The position numbers and the translations under genes are program-made. The notes beneath the pieces are model-generated. The model was not told the origin of the DNA. It worked only from the letters and a program-made list of their open reading frames with translations, and made no database searches. 64,000 bases of DNA from Bispira polyomma (taxonomy: Eukaryota): positions 95,666,001 to 95,730,000 of the forward strand of contig OZ287751.1 in assembly GCA_965649765.1 (NCBI GenBank), given 5' to 3'. Of the stretch, positions 42,301 to 54,300 are shown piece after piece. Position 1 is the first letter of the stretch, and each line of letters starts with the position of its first letter.

Positions 42301-45300
42301 CTTTTCCTGAACATAGGTTAAATACTTTTCTTTTAAAATGCTTAAAATGAAAAAGCTGCTAAAAGTAGCTAAGTAGCTATTACTGAGTGAGTTATATAGC
42401 TATTATCACTAAAGCAATCCCAAGCAAGCTATTGACCTAACTATTGGTCATACCAAATTTGGTAAAGATATGTTAAATATTTTTCCTTAAAATGCCCGGA
42501 AACCAAATAAGTACTTAAAAGTAAGTAAGTAGCTATTACTCAGTTAGCTATAGAGCTATCTTCACCAAAAGCAATCCCATGCAAGCTATTAACCCAATAA
42601 ACACCCATACCAAATTTGGTAAACATAGGATAAATACTTTTCCTTGAAATGAACGGAAATCAAGCGTGACGGACGGCGGACGGCAGACGGCGGATGCTGG
42701 ATGCCGGAAAAAACAAAAATAATATGTCCACCCCCCACTGGGGTGGACATAATACTTTTCCTGAACATAGGTTAAATACTTTTCTTTTAAAATGCTTAAA
42801 ATGAAAAAGCTACTAAAAGTAGCTAAGTAGCTATTACTGAGTGAGTTATACAGCTATTATCACTAAAAGCAATCTCAAGCAAGCTATTGACCTAACTATT
42901 GGTCATACCAAATTTGGTAAAGATATGTCAAATACTTTTCCTTAAAATCCCCGGAAACCAAATAAGTACTTAAAAGTAAGTAAGTAGCTATTACTCCGTT
43001 AGCTATAGAGCAATCTTCACCAAAAGCAATCCCATGCAAGCTATCAACCCAATAAACACCCATACCAAATTTGGTAAACATAGGATAAATACTTTTCCTT
43101 GAAATGAACAGAAACCAAGCGTGACGGACGGCGGGTGCTGGACGCCGCAAAAAGCAAAAATAATATGTCCACCCCCCGCTGGGGTGGACATAATGAACTC
43201 TAATGTATCTGCAAAACGAAAAACCTGCTCAAATGAAACCGGAAGTGAGAACCGCTAAATATGTTTACAAGTAAAAGTGGACTTAAAATTGACTTAAAAT
43301 GGTCATCATTCATTATTTTAAAGGTATTAACAATAAAATATCATTAAAATTGTTGTATAAATGTTGTCCCAGGGTGTAATAATTTTTATGTGTCTATGAT
43401 AATATCTATGTGTTTGTATTACACATCAATATCAGCACGCGAAAGCCCAAACAATAAATATCAGCGATATCGATAAACAATTTACCCACTAACTTCTCTA
43501 CTTTCTAGTTGTTGCTAGCTATAATGCACATGTTGTTTTGATTTCCAGTAACGCGGCATATTTATATAAGCTGTATCCCGGAATCAGAACGATTCTTGAC
43601 AAGCGATATACTAGACCAGAATTTTTGCTATTAATACCATTACAGTAGAACCTCTATTATACACACTTCCATTATCCAAATATTGGATTTTATTAATTCA
43701 CTTCTACTCTCCCAAATCTATGTTTAACTATTATTTTGTACAGAAATACCTCTTCTAATTTATAAACCTATTAGTATCCAAACAGAATCTTGCTTTTCCC
43801 AACTTGTTCGGATAACAGGGGTTCTACTGTGATAATTTTGACACATTAAATATCATACAAGTGGTAGGGCTTAGTCGGTATCAAAAAATTCCTGTCCGGA
43901 ATACCGTTTGTCAAAAACCGTTCCGATTACAGGATACCGCAAACAAAATCAACCTAAATACTGCCAATCGAAAAGAATCTTTGAGATCCGGAAGTACGCG
44001 AAACAAAATTAAAACATGTGCGACTAAAACGTAATAAAAACTCTTAAATTTCAATAATTTTCCAACATAAAACCTATTTTTATGATTCAATACACAGAGT
44101 TAGTTGTTTGTTTACAGTAAAAAGCCTGCAGTTTCGAAATACCGGCATTGGCTTTTGTACTCAGTCTGCACATATAATGGTCCCTCACCGACAATACTAG
44201 TAGTACCGACTCGGCCCTAATAAGTAGGGACGGGTCCCCATATCTACTGTTACACAGCATAAGGTTGTAGTATTGTAGCTTAATGTTAATATAATATTCT
44301 AAACAATGTATTCATACATAAAAATCCACCAAGGTCGCTCTCTGTCCAGTAAGTTCTGGAAAGATACCCTTTACTACCAAAACAAGAATTACGACAAAAC
44401 GGCACAACACTTTTTGACATAGGTAAACATATTTAACCCATATATTGAGCTGTGGAGTATTCTACCTCAAGAAACTGCAGCTCTCATCAGTTTCCACCAG
44501 TAATACTCAGTTCACTCTTCCTCCCTACCCAAACAGTATTGACTACAACTAAAGTCAACCTGTCCCCTAAGAAATAGGAGGAATTGCTTTATATGTAAAC
44601 ATAGAAGTGTAACCTTAATCATTGGGGTGTGACATGGATTACCATTATTCATCAAACAAAACAATAATTTTTGTACCAAAATACAGTTTCCTTAACATTT
44701 ACAATTTGCCAGATAGTATAAGCATTTTCACTTCCATATATTTTGTTTAGATTAGCTACCACGTTGCTAATATCATTCATAGGATTGTTGTACACTAAAT
44801 GTGCGTGGGAACCCTGATTCAAGTTTGTTAGAAGTTTACAGTTTTAGAGGATGCACTTCTCGTCCCTGTCAGAGCTCTAATATTAGCCTTTTATAACATT
44901 TTAAAAGACTTGCCCACCAAGAACATGGTTTCTACTGACCTGCACATATATATTTCTACTACAATATATTTTAACCTTCCAGAACCAAGTCTTGGTTACA
45001 AATAATACCTAGCTTGATACCTAGAAAAAGATTTTGCTTGAAGAATAGAACATGCATAAAACAGCACAAACACTTTAGTAATCAAAAACAGGTCAATATG
45101 ATTTTGGGACATTGGAATTATGTTTAACAAAAAATGGCATAATATGGTTATAGAAGTTTAGATAACAAAGTTTCTACTAGAAGTTTAGATAACAAAGGTT
45201 TTACTAAAAGTTTGGATAACAAAGGTTCTACTAGAAGTTTGGATAACAGAGGTTCTACTAGATGTTTGGATAACAGAGGTTCTACTGGATGTTTGGATAA

Positions 45301-48300
45301 CAGAGGTTCTACTGGATGTTTGGATAACAGAGGTTCTACTAGAAGTTTAGATAACAGAGGTTCTACTAGAAGTTTAGATAACAAAGATTCTACTATATTA
45401 ACACAGCACATTTTCCCTCTTAGTACACAGGCCTCATATAAGAGTGATGTCCACTATATCCTCATACAGATGACAAATATGGCAAAAAGTCACTATGACA
45501 AGGATGAAGACAAAATGTAACTCTACAATACAGTATCTGGTAGTCTTATTGACTTAAGGTAAACATATGGAGCCCATATATATTTTGAGCTGTGGAGTAT
45601 TCTACCTCAAGAAGCTGCAGCTCTGAGCAGTTTCCACCAGTAATACTCAGTTCACTCTTCCTCCTTACCCAAACAGTATTGACTACAACTAAAGTCAACC
45701 TGTCCCCTAAGAAATAGGAGGGATTACTCTAGATTTAAACACATCACAAGTTTGCAGTTAATACTCCTTCAGATTGTGCTGTCAATAGAAAATGGACCAA
45801 ATGCAAAATTAATACAGTGCAAGTTTTCAAAATGGCAAAAAACGTCAAAATTAACCACAAAGCAACAGTTGAAACTACAAAGAGTTAACATTTATTATTT
45901 TATCATTGTAAAAGATAAATAGGAAAATTAGAACTAAACAGTACGTGATGGTTGAGATGGTAGTTCTACTATCTCAGTATCGGCAACATTTGGACAGAAT
46001 AACAAGATTAAATCTAGATACCAGAATTTTATTATTGTTAAAATTAAACAGGTTTACCTATTTTTTTTTTTTGGTTATTCTTAAGGGAGCGTTCAATTTG
46101 AAATAATTGGTTTAAATTTTTGCGGTATCCCGGAATGGGGTTAGCTTTTGACGAGCGATAAATTTCGGTGGCGTCCCACACCTAAAGGTACACATTTTCA
46201 TGATCAGCCAGTGGACAAGCTGTAAAAGAAGGAGTAGTAGAAATGAACCTAAATAATAAATACTAAAGCAGCGCTAAACCCATTCAAGTCAAACTTTAGT
46301 GGACCAGGTGAAATAGCTCTACTTACGCAAGATGTCCAATAAACAAGGTAGATTTTCCAGAAAATGTCTTTGACCGCCAACTACACTGCACTGATTTTCT
46401 CCACTAATGAACTGTCCATCATAATATGACACAAATCGTGTTGAAAAGCAAATTTTAAACCCAAAAACTAAAATACATCTGGAGCCTGTTAGTGTCAAAA
46501 TAAAACCCATGGTATTTTAAATCCTCCATACCTCTAGTTATGACATTGATGAACTATAGTAGAACATCTATTATCCAAATGTGTTGGAGAGGAAGAACTG
46601 TGTTTGGATAATGGAAGGTTCGTATAAAATGGAAGAAGCTTTTGTTTACAAAACAACAGTAAAACTTGAATTTGGGAAGAGTGGAATATTTGGATAAAAC
46701 AAAAATTTGGATAAAGTTTGGATAATAGAGGTTCGACTGTACATGTTTCATACCTCCTTCAGAGATGACAAATCCTTTCCACCACCACTAATTCTGGCCG
46801 TCGCGATATGACCAATGCTGACGAAAGCGACATAAAAAATCAAATAAATTCAAATTCCATACCTCCTCCAGACACGACGTTGATGACTCCTGGAGGGAAG
46901 CCAGCCTTCACAGCCAGCTCACAGAACTTGAGAGAGGTCAGCGGAGTGACCTGAGCAGGCTTTAACACCACAGTGTTCCCTGCAGCCAGACACGCAGCCA
47001 TTTTCCAGGCCAACATCATGAGTGGGTAGTTCCATGGCGTCACTATACCACACACACTGCAATAAAGAGACGTTACAACTACTGGGTGGACAATTAGACA
47101 TCTGGTCGATTAATCGTCGATGATACTGCAAGATCGTGGTTGATCTGTATTGATTTTAAAAAATCGATTATTCACCAAATACTGTTCCTAACTACAACTA
47201 ATAACATATTTTGAAGTTATAATGTCATTTTATATAGTTTTTACGTCAAATAAAGCAATTTTTGGCACTTTTACGTTTGTTTTCGTTTACTGCCATGTTT
47301 ACAGGTAAGCAGTACATACTAAATGTTGAACGTCTGAATCTAACCAAATTCTTAGCGGGATCACAATAGATTCGACCCGGGATGGCATGAGGAGTACCAT
47401 GATATTTCAAACAATAAAATTAGGTGAATAATCAATTACAGGTCAGTCATCAGTGGGAAAATAAAGCGATTAATGGCCCTAGAAAAAACAGGCCAATTCC
47501 TAGCACTTAATTACAACTGTCTAGTATTCAAATTGACACTCAGCTGATTTATCTACCTTTATCTGGTGTGGTATTCTCAAAAGAGCTAAGTCTAGACATT
47601 GTCCTGAATCCAGCACAAAAGTATACTAGATCTAAGACAAAGTCTTGGCTTAGACATTTTGTGAATACCGCCCCAGGTTTTTTAAAGTGCTAATTATCCT
47701 CTTCTTGACTGCCCTAAGTACAGCCAACCAGCACCAGTAACTGTCATTTCCCCAACTAGTGTCTGCGTTCCTACGCAAGAATGTTAATCATTAGGCTACA
47801 GCCTCATTTAAACTTATCTCGTACGAAACAAGAGGAGAATGGCCTGGCGGCCATATCATGATAATGCCACTAAAAGCAAGTTACTGACCACTCTTATCTT
47901 GTTCATATTGTGAGACATATAGCTTTTGTAACTTTTATCCTTTAAAATAGTCCAGTAAACCTGTATGCAATTTATTGGGTTCACAATATTTTTTTCCTCA
48001 GCTTGATACAGTAAGGAATCTAAAATTTGCTCCTGTATCTAAAATTCGCCACCCCTAAAATTTAAGCCAAATAAATAAAAACTGGAAAAAACTAACTGGT
48101 AAGGAAGGCAAATATTAGTCATAAAAATATCAATTGAAGCAAATATTAACCACAATTTTACCCAAAACACAACATTTTCTAGGTAGCGAATTTCAGATGG
48201 TGGCAAATTTTATATTCCTTACAGCCACAACCACCAATCAACCACAGTATGTATATTTCTGTTATATATCTTCCCAAACCTAATGTTTGTCATACTGTAT

Positions 48301-51300
48301 ATATATTCTTTTTGAAACCATTTGAAATGGGTGGTAATAGACCCTTTAATCAAATCTGAGGCTCCCAATATATAAAACTTGAATAACTTCTACTATACCG
48401 CACATAATCACACCAAATTAATTTTGGACCAACTAGAGACAAAAGAGTGTACATATACTAAATATAAAAGCGCAACTCCCTACAGATTCAGAGATTACCC
48501 TGTTGACACGTTGTAACCATGCGTAACCAAGGGTCTTCCACTATCTCCTTCTTTCTCCAGGAAAACATGATTATGCCATTAAGCATTGGCATAATCATGC
48601 AAAAAATGTCAGGTCCCTGGTGACCTTCATATAATCAATGTATTTTATGCTTTAATAAACATATTTTTAAGTAATTTAGGACAACTGACAATTGTACCTA
48701 TTGGGACATATATTCACAAAAGGGCAGAGTCCAGACACTGTGATAAATCCAGCCTAAAAGTATACTAGATCCAAGACAATGTCTGAGCTTAGCCCTTTAG
48801 TGAATACCGCCCCAGTGATACTACTTAGAGCCAATGATATACAAACACTCACCCAATTGGTTCCTTCTTTGTGTAAGTGAGATTTCTGTTTGGTCGAGCA
48901 TTGTTGATTGGTATAGTGTCACCCTGTCAAAAGATTAAAATATAAAATAGAATACTAAAAAGAAAAATATTAATCCAGACATTTAAAATCCTCATTCTCA
49001 TTCATGGTATTACTATTTAGATAAACTGTACGACATTAATTGACCTTTTACCACATACATATGTAAAGAATTAAGATTCCATCTAGTAGTCGACTATATA
49101 CAGTGAAACCCCTTTCACTCAAACATTTTAGGAGAGCACCATATTTTGGGATAATCGATCTGGTTTATAAAATAAAAGAGGTATTTTACTACTAATCAAA
49201 AAGGAAATTTAAATTTTAAATCAAAATGAATGCTTGACCAAGTCTTTTAGCTACAAAGTTTGGTCTTTTGGAAATTCTCTAGCTTTAGATATCACAGGTC
49301 CCTTTTGTTACCTCCTACAGAAAGCCCCTTGAAAGTTACCTACTTACATCAGCCTACCCCACTTATCCACTACCTCGTAACTTGAGAGAGGTCAGTGGTG
49401 TGACCTGGACAGGTTTTAACACCACAGTGTTCCCTGTGGCCAGACATGCAGCCATTTTCCAGGCCAACATCCTTTACGCCCCTCCATTTTGAATTTTTGC
49501 TTTATGATTTTTGGTTTTTAGAACAATTGGTTACTATTGTTACAGAAGATATTTGCGCCGACAAACATTTAGATTACATACTTACCACACCAGACTACAT
49601 ACAAGTGTCACTGACCTGTATCTTCTCACACCAGACCACATACAAGTGTTACTGACCTGTATCTTATCACACCAGACTACATACAAGTGTCACTGACCTA
49701 TATCTTATCACACCAGACTACATACAAGTGTCACTGACTTGTATCTTATCACACCAGACTACATACAAGTGTCACTGACCTGTATCTTATCACACCAGAC
49801 TATATACAAGTGTCACTGACCTGTATCTTATCACACCAGACTACATACAAGTGCCACTAACCTGTATTTTATCACACCAGCCAGCGAAGTACTTGAAAGT
49901 GTCCACAGACATGCCTATGTGCGTCTTGAGGGCGAGTGTGTACACAGCACCAGAGTCTATGGTCTCCAGGGTGGCAAGCTCCTCCTTGTTCTCATCCATC
50001 AGGTCAGCCAATCTACAACAACAATACACATTTACAAGAACACAGAGTCTATATGGGGAGTTTGTCTTCTCAATTTTGATTGGCTAGAAAACTGGAGGTA
50101 AAAATCATGGGTTGTTTTATATACCATTTACAAATATTTACTTTAAATTTTACGCCTGTCAACATATTTGTATTTCACCTGGACACGAACACCCATAAAA
50201 GTTTAACCCCTTCTAACAGAGACAGCATTACAAGGGGAACTTCTGTTAACTTTATTAGGACACAATAAACATCAACAATGAATGTGAGACAGAGGACTCC
50301 TTTATCCTCACACTTGTACTCCTTGTATTTGCCACTGTGGCCTAGTGGGTAACACAATGACTTAGGAATATGGAGGACGTAGGTTCAATCCCAGTCTGGG
50401 GCGACCAGGTGCTGGCAGATACATAGTGGCTAGTGGCTCTGTCCCTTCCGATTTTACCCAACAAAATTCCACTGTGTATTCAATGCGCAGAGTATCATAA
50501 ATTTGAAGAGAATACTCCTTACGACCTTACTTGTACATGAGGGCTCCTCTGTCCCTGGCATTCATCTTTCCCCATTCTCCCTCATAGAATGCTTCCTATA
50601 ACAAGATATACAAGTATAAGAAAGCTATGCTATATGTAGATAAGCTACTGTATTATTGGAACTGTTGCACAGTGCCCATTACCCAGGAGGTTATAGCTCT
50701 TTCATAGGTGGGTAAACTAAAAACTGACAATGCTGGAATAAAAATTGACCAACTTCAGTATAGATACATTGTGTTCATACAAATAAAATGTGACAGAAAT
50801 GTACATTTGTGCTGTACATCGTCAACCTTTAAGTTGTACCTTCCCACCATGAAGGGAGTGGTGGGGTTCAATCACTGTGCTCAGATACATATGTAGACAC
50901 CTTAGCCCTGTTAATCCATAGTCGTGAGTTTGAAGTTAATTTGAATTCACTTAGGTTTTACATCGCTTTCCACAGGTCATATGGCGACAGCCAGATTCAA
51001 TAGAGGAAGAAGCCAGACTGTAAAGCACCGAGCTATGGCAAGTGCCTGTCAAACTTTCTCAGATGAAAGAATGAACCGGATTCGAACCCACATTGTTGAG
51101 AGGCAATTGATTATGAAGCAGACACTTCTAACCACTAGGCCACTCCAGCCCCTATTCTAGTTACAGAGAATCCACTGTGCATAAAGATGAATATATAGCT
51201 ATGGTAGACTAGAAAGGAATTCAAAACATTGAATATTTTGATAATGGAAATTAGGACAATAAAGGTTCTACTGTAAACTACAAAGGACTTGTATTTCAAT

Positions 51301-54300
51301 CTGAATTTAGTTGGATTTTACGTTGCTTTTAACACCTGAGGTCATATCACGACGGCCAGATTTAATAGTGGAAGAAACCAGTGTTAAAGCCACTATAAAC
51401 CACTGACCTATGGCAAGCATCTGACAAAATTTCCCACATGAAGAAAGAAACAGGATTCGAACCCACATTGGTGAGAGGCTAGTGGTTATTAGCAAGGGCT
51501 TCTAACCACAAGAACCAACAGCTTTTACAATAGACTTGAAAATACCGTGAACAAATGTTGAAAGATCCATTGCATAAACTGTAAAACAACAGCGGTCTTC
51601 CTTTACTTGTTTAAAAATCTCAAAGGATTTTATTAAGTGTAACAAGCTCTTAACTAAATAGACATGTACATCTGTTTACATTTCTTATCAGATTAGCCCA
51701 ATAATATCAGTTACTTTGATATCACATACTTCATTGTCTATAAAAAACCAAGCGTTGCATTTATAAAAACAGCTATGGCAAACACAAATAATATACTCTG
51801 ATAGTTTGATAGGCAGTATAATTAGAAGCACGAAATGTCTTAAGACAATTCAAGAGGTGTTGTTATCTGTGTACATTTGCTCTTCATATTGGTATGTATT
51901 ATCACAATTTAAAGGAGGTCAAATATGAAGAAAGGTTCATGACTGAGAACTACAAAGTATAACGATGACTTTGTGAAGTTTTGAGACAAACAGAAACTTA
52001 CGGTCATTGTAAATAGATGTTTTACAAGAACTAGACTTAAACAAGGTTTTTACGACATATAAATACAGCTTCCACATAGTTTTTCATGTATTTTTACACT
52101 GTTGTTGGTGCGTCTACTCTCAAATTATACTTTTTAAGTTAACATTCACAAGTATAATCCGAAAAATCAACAAAAACAAACTTGTACATAATATCTCCTA
52201 GTATTATTCCGATAAAAACTGAGTTAAAACTTATCATTGAGACAATTATACCAATTATATATAAAAAATCTGCCATTCTTTATTATCATGGACATGAAGC
52301 AGCCCAGTACACTTCAGTGAAGAGGCTCTCATACATTTACAAGTACCACTTTGTGAAACTGTTACATTTACTTCAGAAGTGGAATTCTTTACAGCATCTT
52401 TAATATCACACACAAAGCAGCTATCTGGGAGTCTGAAATGGGAATCTTCCTCTTTGAATAAATTTGACAATAAATAACAATATTCATAGCATAGCACAAG
52501 ATGGCTCTAACTGAGGAAAATTTTTGGTATTTTTTTAAACTACTGTGTACTTTCTGTTTAAGCAGGAAACTTTAAACTTTCCCCAACCAGAAACCAGTTT
52601 ATTCACTGACTTTCATGCTCAAACTCTTGACACATGTATAGACTACAAAAAGTTTATAGATTTTCTCATTCATGGGAATAATGTAAAATATGCCACCATT
52701 CATGTTGATGGAGCTTTCAGCGAGGACCTGAAATATGTCAGACTTTAGAGATCTTGCATGTTCAACAAAGTGAGCTGGCTGGTGAGTTTAAAACACTTTC
52801 ATAAATACAAACCCAAAGCCCATATTCATAAAGGGACTTAGCCAGGTTTTAGGCTTAAATCTAGCACAAAAGTATACTAAGTTAAGCCTAAGACCTGGCT
52901 AAGTCCCTTTGTGAATATGGGCCCAGTGGTCATATGGACAAACATTCTTAGAAAGCAATTCTCAGAATTTTCGTAGTCTCAGCTAATCAGATTCTTTGAA
53001 AAAATATTTTCAGCCAATCAAATTTCTTGAGACAAAAACATTAAGACTAAGAATCTTTGTGAACACAATATCAGTTAGATTGATACTGGTTAACATACCT
53101 CCGCACAGTGGACAGCCAAATCCACATCTTCTGCTGTTCCCTTGGCAACCTTACAAATAACCTGAAAGTAGACACAGGGTTTTCCTTTCCAAAATCTAGT
53201 AGTGTAGCAATGTAATGATATACTGTCATATTAATCTTTTGATACATTTCTTCAGGATTTTTACAGTCTTTACCATTTTGCAACTGGGAGAAAACTATCA
53301 CCCGTAACTACATAAAGGACATTTTCCAGTAATAGGTTTTAGATAACTTGAAGTCACTAAAACCCACACGACTGACTAGTTCTGGGTTTTAATAAAGGCC
53401 TCGCCTATGATTGTTTTAATAGGGAAGTCTGCTGTACTAATAATTTCCTATTGTGAGGAACTTCAAGAAAAATCAATTAATATTTTTAGTGTGTCAACTG
53501 CTTGCCGACGACAGACATAGATTGTGGGGTAACAAATGCAGTTAGCTGCTTGCCAACAACATAGGTATCGAAAGGGTTACCACTTGGCAGTTACTGGGCT
53601 TTCAAATGAATAGTCCCAAGACGAGCCTACTTACTTTACAGTAGTTATACACTATATTATACCAGCAAGTTCAAGCTGTTACATATATGTATAAAGAGTC
53701 AATTTAATATAGTATTGGGGGCATTTTAACAGAACTTAGTGTAAGGGTTATAAATCTTTTATATTTAGTTAACTGTGACGTTAACAGTTGTAAAAACAAT
53801 TGAAGTGGTCATTGATAATCAGCAACTGTTCGAAGAGTTTTATTGTCTGGCATATAATTGAACAGACATGAAAAGATAATACCTTTTTATGCTATAAAGA
53901 TATATACTTGACACCAAAAAATGAAAGACTTTTAATAGCACATGAACACATTATTTTTAATTTTCAAACATATAACACAAACTAAACAAAAAAAGTGCAA
54001 TAAAATAAACAGTAGAACCTCCATAATCCAAACTTGTTGAGTGAGTAAGATTTTGTTTGGATAACAAAAGGTTTCACAAAATAGAAGAGGCATTTCTGCG
54101 TAAAAATATTGGAAAACATAAATTTGGAAAAGTCGCAATGACTTCATAAGATGAAATATTTGGATAACATAAGTTTGGATAATCAAGGTTCTACTGTACA
54201 AGCTCACTGAGAAAATCACTCACAGATCCATCTGCAGGGTTTATAGTTTCGAATGTATTGCCATCTGAAGCATCGATAAACTCATTATTGATGAAGAGCT

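Noticed and set aside
50337-50400. tRNA-like segments with A/B boxes (also ~35515-35586, ~55167-55235)
   Set aside because: No complete cloverleaf is evident; they continue into shared SINE bodies, so they are SINE heads rather than tRNA genes.
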